From a virus, in the IMG/VR virus record IMGVR_UViG_3300047558_000238, positions 1-64,000 of that record: DNA of 64,000 bases; one strand, written 5' to 3'. The notes under the pieces were generated by a model. It was not told where the DNA came from. It made no database searches and was given only the letters and a program-made list of their open reading frames with translations. Below, piece by piece: positions 1 to 8,893 of the stretch. Position numbers and translations under genes: made by a program. Numbering within the stretch: position 1 is the stretch's first letter; each line of letters opens with the position of its first letter.

Positions 1-539
1 GCGGGGAGGGCGTCAGAACTTTAGAGCAGAGGACTGATTACTAGGCAAGTGCCTCTGAAACGCCCTCTAGGGGGTCTAGGAGGGCTTTAGAGTTAGGTTA
101 CCTGTATCTGGCTTGATAGACCCTCTAGGAGCCTGGTAGCCCCCTAGAGAGCCTCTAGTCTTATCTATCTACTCATTAGAGGCAGTCAGCAGGACTTAGG
201 CAGGCACATAGTCGCCTCTACTTAGTTGTCTTAGTCAATAGTTAGAGATCGTTAGAGACAGGGAGGGGGAGGGGTAGTCAAAAAATATTTTTTCTTCGCA
301 GAGCAGTCACTTTTTTCGAACTGAAAAAGAAAGAGGGGAGGGGGGTTTTCAGGAAACAAGTTCGAAGGTGCCTCAGAACAACAACTGCCGTCTCGCACCC
401 CAAAAGCAGTTAACGTTAAGGTACCCCCTTTTTCGTTTTGTACACCCACCCCCTCTTTTGAAACGCCCCTATACCCGCTCCACAAATTTTCAAAAAATTC
501 GTCTAAAGGTACCTCTCAGTCGCAGTGTACAATTAGTAC

Positions 540-1049
540 ATGACTCGCCGCCCAGCTCGTAACCAGCCAATCCCGCCTCAAGAGGTCCAACTACTCAACT
601 CGCTCAAAGGCCCCGCCTTACATGCCCGCGTCCGAGACCTCTACAACGCCGGTTGGGCTCTTCAGGCTATCGGAGAGTGTCTCCAGCCAACTCACCCACG
701 CTCAACCATCCGCTCTTGGGTCCTGAGAGCCGCTGATACTACCTCCGACCTAGAAGTAATAGACGCCCCTATTCCAACCCCAAAGCATCGAACCCACCCC
801 GAGGGCTACCAGAAGAAGCGCACGCCTTCCAAGGAAATCTCTCCAGACGATCTGGACCAGATCCAGTCGTTAGCTCCGCTAGCCCGCCAATATCGAGCAA
901 AGATGACCAAGACCTCCGCGCATGCTGTGGCGAATGACCGCCTCACCAACCTGTGCCGCCACCTCTACGCCAAGGGCGTTGGGATTACGGCCCTAGCTGA
1001 AGCCGCCGGAGTCACCTACCGCGCCATGTATAAGCGCGTAAAGCTGTAA
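540..1049 (+). CDS. Double helix-turn-helix DNA-binding protein (paralog of 2742..3317)
   Basis: Two HTH-like segments (AGWALQAIGECL; GVGITALAEAAGVTYRAMYKRV). TACAAT -10 box lies 6 nt before the ATG. Confidence 0.65.
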   Translation: MTRRPARNQPIPPQEVQLLNSLKGPALHARVRDLYNAGWALQAIGECLQPTHPRSTIRSWVLRAADTTSDLEVIDAPIPTPKHRTHPEGYQKKRTPSKEISPDDLDQIQSLAPLARQYRAKMTKTSAHAVANDRLTNLCRHLYAKGVGITALAEAAGVTYRAMYKRVKL

Positions 1050-1082
1050 TACCCACCGCCCCACCCCGCTCAAAAACACGAT

Positions 1083-1111
1083 TTGACAGACGCCCCTATT
1101 AACGCTAAGTT
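1083..1111 (+). promoter_or_regulatory. Housekeeping-sigma-type promoter
   Basis: TTGACA (1083-1088), 17 nt, TAAGTT (1106-1111), upstream of the NlpC/P60 gene. Confidence 0.65.
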
Positions 1112-1139
1112 AACCTGTGCTAGTCTGTTATATGCAGGG

Positions 1140-1178
1140 AGCACATCTAGGCACTAAAAGCCAAAGATGTGCTTTTTT
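1140..1178 (+). terminator. Intrinsic-terminator-like hairpin in the NlpC/P60 leader
   Basis: AGCACATCT...AGATGTGCT followed by a T run. Confidence 0.55.
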
Positions 1179-1273
1179 GCATCTAGATACAAAACATAAC
1201 TGAATAGCAGCCGAAACCGGCACACCAAGACAAAACACAGCCAAGTACTAACGCAAGGAAAGGTAGGCTGAAT

Positions 1274-1876
1274 ATGAAATGGTTACCATTTCTGCTAACT
1301 GCATCTACGGCGGTCTCTTCGACCGCTGCTCTCCCTACGGAGGAGCTCCATCCCCCTTTGGGGAGCGGAGTTTATGTGCAGACAGTAACCGCCCCGGACT
1401 TCTACGATGACGGCGAACTACCACTAGTTCGAATGCTCCAGAAGCTCGAGGCAAAGCAAACCCTGCTAGCTCAGCAGGCAGCAGCCGCGGAAGCAGCCGC
1501 TGAACGAGCCGAAAAAATAGACGCCACTATTAAGCGTCTACGAAAATACGTTGGCCACACGCCATACGTTTTTTCCGGTATTACCCCCTCAGGATGGGAC
1601 TGCTCAGGTCTGACGCTTTGGTTCTACGACCAAGCGCTAGGCATTGAGATCAAGCATTCTGCAGGTGACCAGGCCAAATACGGCACCGTAGTAACCGATC
1701 CCGCTCCGGGAGATATCGTTGCGTTCTACTACACAGGTCAGAAGCGCCCATACCATGTGGGCATCTATGTTGGTGACAACATGTTCATCCACGCCCCTAA
1801 GCCAGATAGACCAACGTCTATTGATAACGCTTATACTTGGGCGAATAATACAGAGGTTGCGTACATCCGGTATTAG
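1274..1876 (+). CDS. Secreted NlpC/P60 (C40) peptidoglycan peptidase
   Basis: Signal-peptide-like N-terminus, short coiled coil, DCSG catalytic Cys, HVGIY..MFIHA; SD AAGGAAAGG. Confidence 0.9.
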   Translation: MKWLPFLLTASTAVSSTAALPTEELHPPLGSGVYVQTVTAPDFYDDGELPLVRMLQKLEAKQTLLAQQAAAAEAAAERAEKIDATIKRLRKYVGHTPYVFSGITPSGWDCSGLTLWFYDQALGIEIKHSAGDQAKYGTVVTDPAPGDIVAFYYTGQKRPYHVGIYVGDNMFIHAPKPDRPTSIDNAYTWANNTEVAYIRY

Positions 1877-1891
1877 TGATAGTATGAGACC

Positions 1892-2101
1892 ATGTTTGAA
1901 CACACCGAATATTCATGGCTCATATTTGGGCTGCTAACAGCAGCTATCTATGCCGTACCAACTATCTACCGCATCTGGAAGGTGCGGAGACGTAAGGCGT
2001 CTATGTCTCGCCATCCGGCAGGCAAGGCTCAACCGCAAGTCTCCGCCCTTCTAGGTGTTGTCTATCCGACACAATCCAACGACCAAGACAAAGAGAACTA
2101 A
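1892..2101 (+). CDS. Small single-TM membrane protein
   Basis: Hydrophobic stretch then basic residues; TAGTAT box 6 nt before the ATG. Confidence 0.6.
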   Translation: MFEHTEYSWLIFGLLTAAIYAVPTIYRIWKVRRRKASMSRHPAGKAQPQVSALLGVVYPTQSNDQDKEN

Positions 2102-2107
2102 ACCTAA

Positions 2108-2263
2108 ATGCGTCTACTACTTTTTATCCGCTCGATTGTCTGGACTGCAGTCTTTGCTGTCCTACTAGCCATCATCTCGATTGCTACCTCTTCTATTCCT
2201 GTAGGACTGGCGTCTATTACTTTCGCCGTGCTGTCTCTAACCTCAAGCCGCAGCAAACTGTAG
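2108..2263 (+). CDS. Small two-TM membrane protein (51 aa, not in the ORF track)
   Basis: ATG 2108 to TAG 2263: MRLLLFIRSIVWTAVFAVLLAIISIATSSIPVGLASITFAVLSLTSSRSKL; fills the gap in a + strand gene run. Confidence 0.5.
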   Translation: MRLLLFIRSIVWTAVFAVLLAIISIATSSIPVGLASITFAVLSLTSSRSKL

Positions 2264-2288
2264 CCTGTAGCCAACCTGGATTTGACAT

Positions 2289-2492
2289 ATGAACGGCCCC
2301 CTACTACTATCACTACTTATAGGCATTCCAGTAGTACTGTTCCTACTACTCCTACTACTAGCCTTCACACTTCTGGTTATTGGCGCAGCTAACTTTCCAG
2401 ATGACCTAAACGACGACCACATAGAGACGAGACAGAGATCAAATGGCAACTCACCCGCCAACACCTACTCAAAGAATTCTCAGCGTTCATAG
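2289..2492 (+). CDS. Possible small membrane protein
   Basis: Leu-rich hydrophobic N-terminus; overlaps the next ORF by 50 nt. Confidence 0.35.
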   Translation: MNGPLLLSLLIGIPVVLFLLLLLLAFTLLVIGAANFPDDLNDDHIETRQRSNGNSPANTYSKNSQRS

Positions 2493-2742
2493 CGCAGACG
2501 AACTCCGAGACGAACTACCTAATAGTGGCGTCTTCGATATGACGGACTGCACTGTAGAGCTTGGCTGTCCGCTGGACTCTCATACTGAAGAGATCGAGAA
2601 GATGGTCAATCTCATCGAGTCGATGATTCATGTTGTTGACGTCAAAGTCTCAGGAATCCCCCAGCCACACCTAAACGACCTATACACAATTACCATTACC
2701 GATGTTCCGTTCAACCGAGCGATCAACAAAAAGGAAAAATAA
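2443..2742 (+). CDS. Hypothetical protein
   Basis: ORF with TAATG coupling to the next gene. Confidence 0.6.
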   Translation: MATHPPTPTQRILSVHSADELRDELPNSGVFDMTDCTVELGCPLDSHTEEIEKMVNLIESMIHVVDVKVSGIPQPHLNDLYTITITDVPFNRAINKKEK

Positions 2743-3317
2743 TGACCACCCCAACTACCACCCAGTACATTAAAAAGAACCAGCAAGTTCCTCAGCACAT
2801 TGCCGACTTCTTCAAGGCTCCGATTGACACAAATACTCGCGACAACCTAATTCGTTCGCTATGTGAGAAGCACTGGACCTACGAAGCCGTAGCAGCTGCC
2901 TGCGATATTACTCGTGAGCGTGTTCGCCAGGTTGCGCGTAAGGCTCCTGTTACTAAACTTGCAGACCTAGACGACTTCCCGTTCGAGATTCCAGAGCCTC
3001 CAGTAAAGCCAGAGCGCGAAAAGCCATCGTACGTAGAGCCGAGCCCGGAGACCCTAAAGCGTCTACTAGAGCTTCAGCCATATGCACAGCAGGTACGCTC
3101 TAACGGTAAGAAGTACCGCGAAGAAGCCGAAGAATATACAGCCTTACTAAACCACGCGCACACCGTTGAAGGCGTAACCCTATACCGTCTAGCGAAGCGT
3201 CTTGGCGTTACTCATGGTGCACTACGCTTCCGTCTTGTACGCTACGGCTACAAGCAGCCAGTTACCGCTCAGTCGAAGGTTTACACTCCGATTGTTCGCG
3301 AGAACCGAGCTAACTAA
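2742..3317 (+). CDS. Double HTH DNA-binding protein
   Basis: WTYEAVAAACDITRERVRQV (sigma-region-4-like HTH) and GVTLYRLAKRLGVTHGALRFRL. Confidence 0.75.
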   Translation: MTTPTTTQYIKKNQQVPQHIADFFKAPIDTNTRDNLIRSLCEKHWTYEAVAAACDITRERVRQVARKAPVTKLADLDDFPFEIPEPPVKPEREKPSYVEPSPETLKRLLELQPYAQQVRSNGKKYREEAEEYTALLNHAHTVEGVTLYRLAKRLGVTHGALRFRLVRYGYKQPVTAQSKVYTPIVRENRAN

Positions 3318-3332
3318 TCTAAACCATTAAGA

Positions 3333-3365
3333 GAAAGCCCCCGATTAGCAGGGGGTTTTCTTTTT
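3333..3365 (+). terminator. Intrinsic terminator
   Basis: GAAAGCCCCC / GGGGGTTTTC stem followed by TTTTT. Confidence 0.8.
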
Positions 3366-3367
3366 AG

Positions 3368-3375
3368 GGTAAAAT
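3368..3375 (+). promoter_or_regulatory. GGTAAAAT putative late-promoter -10 motif (first of several copies)
   Basis: Exact copies at 15232, 20825, 27531 (+) and 50838, 63016 (-), each just upstream of a gene start. Confidence 0.6.
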
Positions 3376-3405
3376 ATAGATCCTACGAAAGGATGCACTA
3401 ACACT

Positions 3406-4011
3406 ATGTTTTCACAAGAGATACGTGAGGCTACAAAGGCAGAGCACAAGTCTGCTGAAGAAAGCCCATTCATGCAGTCCCTGCTATTCGGTAAAGTTCC
3501 ACGCGATGCATACTTCGACTACATTGCTCAGCTTGCTCCGATTTACGAAGCTCTCGAGAAGTGGGAAGGCAGCATGCCGTTCTTTGACCGTCGCCTTGAC
3601 CGATTTGAGCGCATCATTGCTGATCTTGAGTACATTGGCACTCGCGTTGTGCTCAACTCAACCATCTCCTACGTCAAGCATCTGACCGAGCTAATTAAGA
3701 CCAAGGACGAGGTACGCATTCTTGCGCATCACTACGTCCGCTATCTCGGAGACCTTTCAGGCGGTCAGGCAATAGGAACGCTCGTTGCACGTAATCTCTC
3801 GATTCCGCCAAACTTCCTATCCTTCTACGACTTCGATGATATTGGCGACCGCGTCCGCTACAAAGAAACCTACCGCGAAAACTTAAACACATATATTGAC
3901 CCGAAGGACTATGACAAGTTCATTACCGAGGCTAAGCTTGCATTTAAGTACACAGAGCAGATCTTCTCAGAGCTTGCTGACAAGTGGATTCAGAAGGACG
4001 AAGTAGAGTAA
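3406..4011 (+). CDS. Heme oxygenase (HO-1/HmuO-like, biliverdin-producing)
   Basis: Proximal His in REATKAEHKSAE, IYEALE, distal helix AHHYVRYLGDLSGGQ, FYDF. Confidence 0.9.
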   Translation: MFSQEIREATKAEHKSAEESPFMQSLLFGKVPRDAYFDYIAQLAPIYEALEKWEGSMPFFDRRLDRFERIIADLEYIGTRVVLNSTISYVKHLTELIKTKDEVRILAHHYVRYLGDLSGGQAIGTLVARNLSIPPNFLSFYDFDDIGDRVRYKETYRENLNTYIDPKDYDKFITEAKLAFKYTEQIFSELADKWIQKDEVE

Positions 4012-4014
4012 CTA

Positions 4015-5415
4015 ATGGGCAAAAGTATTATGGAGCTGATTGCGATGCTCCCCGAAGAGGAGCGAGCGCAAGCTCTAGCCGACCTAGACCCCGAAGCATT
4101 GATGTGGGACTGGTCTGTTTGGGGACGCCCAGAGCAGCAAGCTCCTGAAGGCGACTGGAACATTTGGCTTGTACTTGCAGGACGTGGTTTCGGTAAGACT
4201 CGTCTAGCGTCCGAGTGGGTTCGCGAACAGGCTAAGTACACCAATACGGGCCAACGCCGTTTTGCACTTGTTGCTCGTACCGCAGCTGACGTACGTGACG
4301 TTATCGTTGAAGGTGAATCGGGCATTATGAATGTCACGCCACCTTCCGAGAAGCCACTCTACGAACCTTCGAAGCGTCGCCTAACTTGGCCTAACGGAAA
4401 TACAGCAACGCTATTCACCGCTGATGAGCCTGACTCGCTTCGTGGTCCTCAGTTCACTCATGCCTGGGGTGATGAGATCGCAGCTTGGCGTCAGACTCCA
4501 GATGCTGCAGGTATGACCGCGTTTGACAACTTGCGCGTTGGTACTCGTCTTGGTGATAAGCCAAAGATTCTTGTCACCACTACCCCGAAGCGTACGCCAC
4601 TGCTCTACAAGCTCATTGAAGAGGCAAATACTGGCCGCGTTGTGATTACCCGTGGTTCTACGATGGATAACGCAGGTAACTTGTCTGGCGCATATATGGA
4701 CACCATGCTTGGTGTTTACGAGGGAACCTCTCTTGCCCGCCAGGAGCTTTATGGTGAAATGCTTGAAGCCATGGAAGGCGCAATGTGGACAGAGGAGATG
4801 ATTGAAGCTGGCCGTGAAGCCATCTACCCACTCAGCACGCCTCTGCGCATCATTGGTGTTGACCCTAGCGTTGCAGAAAACCCTCGTGATGAGTGTGGAA
4901 TCGTAGTTGTATCGGCTACAGCAGAGTCTGACCTGTATAAGCGTCATGCTTGGGTGCTTGAAGACGCTTCAGTACTCGGTTCACCGACAGTTTGGGCTCA
5001 AAGAGTAGTTGATATGGCCCGTAAGTGGGGTTGCCCAGTTGTTGCTGAGGTAAACCAGGGTGGTGCGATGGTTAGAAACGCAATTAATACCATCGACCCA
5101 ACAATTAAAGTGCTTGAAGTCCACTCAAAGCAAGGAAAAGCCCTCCGAGCAGAGCCAATTTCGCTTGCATACGAGCAACAGCGCGTTCACCACGTTGGAT
5201 ATCTCGCAGATCTAGAGTCTCAGATGATTTCTTGGGTTCCAGGAGAGGGACGTTCACCAGACCGCATCGATGCACTAGTTCACGCACTCACTGCACTGCT
5301 CATTAAGCCACCAGCTGGCTTCTCTGGCGGAAAATTACGTGCAAAAAGCTTCGCTGACCGTAAAATTGGCATCCCAAACGGTAATCGTGGCGGAAAAATC
5401 TTCAGAATCAGGTAA
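4015..5415 (+). CDS. terL: Terminase large subunit
   Basis: Walker A GRGFGKT, Walker B WGDE, TTTP coupling motif, nuclease GVDPS and PDRIDA. Confidence 0.95.
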   Translation: MGKSIMELIAMLPEEERAQALADLDPEALMWDWSVWGRPEQQAPEGDWNIWLVLAGRGFGKTRLASEWVREQAKYTNTGQRRFALVARTAADVRDVIVEGESGIMNVTPPSEKPLYEPSKRRLTWPNGNTATLFTADEPDSLRGPQFTHAWGDEIAAWRQTPDAAGMTAFDNLRVGTRLGDKPKILVTTTPKRTPLLYKLIEEANTGRVVITRGSTMDNAGNLSGAYMDTMLGVYEGTSLARQELYGEMLEAMEGAMWTEEMIEAGREAIYPLSTPLRIIGVDPSVAENPRDECGIVVVSATAESDLYKRHAWVLEDASVLGSPTVWAQRVVDMARKWGCPVVAEVNQGGAMVRNAINTIDPTIKVLEVHSKQGKALRAEPISLAYEQQRVHHVGYLADLESQMISWVPGEGRSPDRIDALVHALTALLIKPPAGFSGGKLRAKSFADRKIGIPNGNRGGKIFRIR

Positions 5416-5417
5416 AT

Positions 5418-5780
5418 ATGACGAAAATTATTCTAGACAGGTTCCCTTGCCACCTTGCTGCAGCTCCAGCAGGACTTTTAGAGGATGTCAGCGAGCTCAG
5501 AAGCTTCGAACCAACCCCTGGTTCGTCTTATTTAGAGATTACTCGCGTAATTTTGACAGACACTAAGGTAATTATTGCCAAAGACAGTACCGAGGGACCT
5601 CAGATTGTGTTTCAAGAGGACTATAACGAGGCAATTCTTGCTGATAAGCCTACTGACGACTCAAGAATTATCACAGCTAGCGGAAAAATGTTAGCATTCA
5701 AGAAAGATACCGGCTGCGGCTGCGGTTCACGCCTTCGAGGGTGGAATCCGTACAAGACTTTAGCCGCGATGGGAGACTAA
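5418..5780 (+). CDS. Hypothetical protein with C-terminal CGCG motif
   Basis: ORF tightly coupled to terL. Confidence 0.65.
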   Translation: MTKIILDRFPCHLAAAPAGLLEDVSELRSFEPTPGSSYLEITRVILTDTKVIIAKDSTEGPQIVFQEDYNEAILADKPTDDSRIITASGKMLAFKKDTGCGCGSRLRGWNPYKTLAAMGD

Positions 5781-5817
5781 TGACGTTTACGTGGACTGAA
5801 GATTAACCTGCTATAGA

Positions 5818-6057
5818 TTGACCAGATTTTTGGTAGAAGACGTATTTTTTGAGCCACTTAGAGAATTCGTCTGGAAAAAGTTTCCACCGAGTACTAAATT
5901 TGGGTACTTGTTCACTTGTTACTGGTGCATGGGCGTCTGGACAACTGCAGGTTGGCTAATCGCCTGGGGAATTGTACCTGAAGCAGCACTTGTGCTATCA
6001 TTATTAATGTCCATATCTGCAGTTATTGGACTAATTTCCGCTTGGACTGAGCGGTAG
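5818..6057 (+). CDS. Small membrane protein, DUF1360-like; N-terminus appears truncated
   Basis: YR-LTRF..ED..F and FTCYWCMGVW motif, two TM helices; in-frame TGA at 5797. Confidence 0.55.
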   Translation: MTRFLVEDVFFEPLREFVWKKFPPSTKFGYLFTCYWCMGVWTTAGWLIAWGIVPEAALVLSLLMSISAVIGLISAWTER

Positions 6058-6072
6058 AGCTAGGGAGCACCC

Positions 6073-7812
6073 TTGGGAATTTTCAAACGCGAAGATAAGA
6101 AGTCGACCGGAGCTGCAAGCTCTGGCGTTCGCGCATCTGCACCTAAGAATGCAACACGAGTGGCTCCTGGAGTCTCTGTTGACTCATTTGGAATCGTATA
6201 CGCCGAACCAGCAGCGTTCAACGCGCCTCGCCCACTGACAGCTGCTGCTGCTCAGATTAGACTTGACGACAAAGGTGAAGCAGAGCAGTTTAAGTCACGC
6301 CGTCAGTCGGCTGCCACTGCCTGGCAGTCAGAAGCATGGGAGTACTACGATGCAATTGGTGAAATTAAATACGCTTTTAACCTTGTGGCGTCTGTCGTTT
6401 CGCGTATCCGTCTTTACGCAGCTGTTGTAGATAACCCAGCAGAAACTCCTGCACCTATTCGCTTAAGCGAGGCCATTGACGAGAACCTAGCTGCAGCTGC
6501 AGAGCGTGCACTTAGCCGTCTTGACAGCGCATACGGAGGCCAGGCTGGTCTTCTCAAGGATGCAGCCCTAAACCTTCAGGTTACCGGCGAGTGCTACCTT
6601 GTTCAGGTTCCAGAGCGTATCGGATCGGGCCTCCCCGAGTCATGGGACATCCGCTCTGTAGATGAGCTTCAGGTTGACGCTAAGGGCAGCTACATCATCA
6701 ATCCTCGTCGCGATGTCGGCGGTAGCAGCTCAATGATGGGCACCGGAACTAACCGAGATGCCATCCGTCTGCCAAATGGCTCATTTGTTGGTCGTGTATG
6801 GAGAAGCCACCCACGCTACTCAATGGAGTCTGACAGCTCGCTACGCGGCCTTCTAGACCTTTGTGCAGAACTACTGCTCCTGAACCGTACTTTCCGCGCT
6901 ACGGCCCGTTCTCGCCTCAATGCGGGTGCACTCTACCTACCTGATGGTCTCTCAGTAGCGGCGTCTCCAGACCCAGACTATCCATACGATTCAGAAGACG
7001 GTCTTGGTTCAGGTTTCACTGCTGAAGAAGCAGAAGATGAATTTGAAGAGCAACTTATCGATGCGATGACAACTCCGATTCGCGATGAAGAATCTGCGAG
7101 CGCGGTTGTTCCTCTTATCATTCGTGGTCCTGCAGAACTTGGTGACCGCATCAAGCAGTTCAAGTTCGAGCGTTCATTCGACCCAGCTCGTGCTCAGCGT
7201 GCAGACCGCGTACTAGAGCGCATCATGCAGGGCCTAGACGTCCCTAAGGACGTTGTGACGGGCCTAGCGAACGTTAAGTATTCTAACGCTCTTCAGATCG
7301 ATGAGGCCCTCTACAAGGCTCACATCGAGCCTCTGATGCTTCTTATCGTTGACGCACTGACAGTCATGTACTTGCGTCCATACCTGATTTCGATTGGCTA
7401 CCCAGAGTCTGAAGTTAGAAAAGTTCAGATTTGGTATGACCCATCTCAGGTTGCTACTCGCAATGACCGTGCTGCAGATGCTGACTCTGGCTTTGACAAG
7501 ATGGCAGTCAGCTTCGAAGCATGGAGACGTGCTCACGGATTCTCGGATGCAGATGCTCCGACTCCAAACGAAGTTGCAACTCGCCTACTGATGTCTCGAG
7601 CTATGTTCACTCCAGAGTTAACTCAGGCACTACTTGGAACGATCGCGCCTGACATCATGAAGAGCGCTCGCTCTGCATCTCAGGAAGCTTCTGGTGCAGA
7701 GATTCCACCAGAGGTAGATAAGATTCTCCAGGAGGCTACTGGTGTAGCTGCTCCTGGCGGTACCGAAGCCGTAGAGACTCCACCACCACCACTAGCTGAA
7801 CCAGAGGCATAA
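6073..7812 (+). CDS. Portal protein
   Basis: Follows terL, 579 aa; WQSEAWEYYDAIGEIKYA and NLQVTGECYL resemble actinophage portals. Confidence 0.85.
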   Translation: MGIFKREDKKSTGAASSGVRASAPKNATRVAPGVSVDSFGIVYAEPAAFNAPRPLTAAAAQIRLDDKGEAEQFKSRRQSAATAWQSEAWEYYDAIGEIKYAFNLVASVVSRIRLYAAVVDNPAETPAPIRLSEAIDENLAAAAERALSRLDSAYGGQAGLLKDAALNLQVTGECYLVQVPERIGSGLPESWDIRSVDELQVDAKGSYIINPRRDVGGSSSMMGTGTNRDAIRLPNGSFVGRVWRSHPRYSMESDSSLRGLLDLCAELLLLNRTFRATARSRLNAGALYLPDGLSVAASPDPDYPYDSEDGLGSGFTAEEAEDEFEEQLIDAMTTPIRDEESASAVVPLIIRGPAELGDRIKQFKFERSFDPARAQRADRVLERIMQGLDVPKDVVTGLANVKYSNALQIDEALYKAHIEPLMLLIVDALTVMYLRPYLISIGYPESEVRKVQIWYDPSQVATRNDRAADADSGFDKMAVSFEAWRRAHGFSDADAPTPNEVATRLLMSRAMFTPELTQALLGTIAPDIMKSARSASQEASGAEIPPEVDKILQEATGVAAPGGTEAVETPPPPLAEPEA

Positions 7813-7814
7813 TT

Positions 7815-8270
7815 ATGGATGAAAAAAATACACCGCTAGCTAAGGCTCTAGCAATCACTCTTAGTGACCTAGTTACCTTCAGCTTCATCGCTCAGGGGTA
7901 CCACTGGAACGTTATTGGCTCTGACTTCAAGGAGTACCACGGTCTTTTTGGTGACCTATACGGTGATGTCTCTGGCTCAATTGACCCAATTGCAGAGAAC
8001 ATCCTTAAGCTTGGCTTCGAGGCACCATACCTACTAGCAGACTTCCAGTCAATGACTCGTATCAACGAAGAGCGTGTTGTTGGTGGCGAGCCAGTCCAGA
8101 TGGTCGAGTCACTAGTACGAATCAACGAAGGCTTGATTGAAGAGCTTAAGGCCCTATTCCGCCTAGCTAATGAGCTAGACGAGCAGGGCATTGCAAACTA
8201 CACTGCTGACCGCATTGACGCCCACCAGAAGTGGCAGTGGCAGCTCAAGGCAACTCTAGGTATTCGCTAA
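7815..8270 (+). CDS. dps: Dps / ferritin-like protein
   Basis: HWNVIG..F...H.LF..LY, D.IAE, H.K..WQL Dps signature. Confidence 0.9.
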   Translation: MDEKNTPLAKALAITLSDLVTFSFIAQGYHWNVIGSDFKEYHGLFGDLYGDVSGSIDPIAENILKLGFEAPYLLADFQSMTRINEERVVGGEPVQMVESLVRINEGLIEELKALFRLANELDEQGIANYTADRIDAHQKWQWQLKATLGIR

Positions 8271-8289
8271 ATCTTAAGGTAAAAGAACA

Positions 8290-8790
8290 ATGAAAGCTTG
8301 GGAATACTACATCACCCGAGATGATCTAGTTAGCCTACACGAGGAGCTAACTTCAGAAGTCTCTGAGTCTCGTAGGATCTCTTTGGAGTCACTCGAGGAA
8401 GTTGCTCTACGTGCATCTGCTGCGTATGAGCACCTCGACTCAGCTGAAGAAGTACAGAATGCAATCCTCTGGGATGCAACTAACCTAGCTGAATACTCGG
8501 CACTAGGAGCATCAGAGATGGCCGAGGATTTGCTAAGCAGATACTCAGACCTTTTGCCTGCTGGACACCCAAACCATGAGTCGCATTCTCTAGAGGAGCG
8601 GGCTAGATGGACAGCAGGTGCTCCAGAGCTAGATGAGCTAAGCAGAGAGGCCATCCTGGCTGCGATGCTACCAACTGAAGATAAAATTCAGGAACTGCAC
8701 GCCACTGCTAGAGTCCGTGCAATGATTGCTTCTGGGAAGTTGTCTTCCGAGACTGCACGCTTGATCTATTTAGCAACAGAGTCAGAATAA
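8290..8790 (+). CDS. Hypothetical acidic head-region protein
   Basis: ORF in the head operon. Confidence 0.6.
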   Translation: MKAWEYYITRDDLVSLHEELTSEVSESRRISLESLEEVALRASAAYEHLDSAEEVQNAILWDATNLAEYSALGASEMAEDLLSRYSDLLPAGHPNHESHSLEERARWTAGAPELDELSREAILAAMLPTEDKIQELHATARVRAMIASGKLSSETARLIYLATESE

Positions 8791-8893
8791 ATTCAGATCA
8801 GCGAAGCTGGTGTAGTGGTACAATCCTACTAGGTTAGTCACCACTTAGGGTAAACTTATATGTAGCCCTTAACTACTTCGTAGAGGATCTTTA

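Noticed and set aside
398-405. CCCAAAA near the left end as another frameshift site
   Set aside because: Lies in apparently non-coding DNA; ORFs 252..485 and 368..562 are low-complexity and unsupported.
1190-1273. c-di-AMP (ydaO) riboswitch before NlpC/P60
   Set aside because: Only CTGAAT-like fragments are present and the G-rich conserved core is absent; kept only as an unspecified structured leader.
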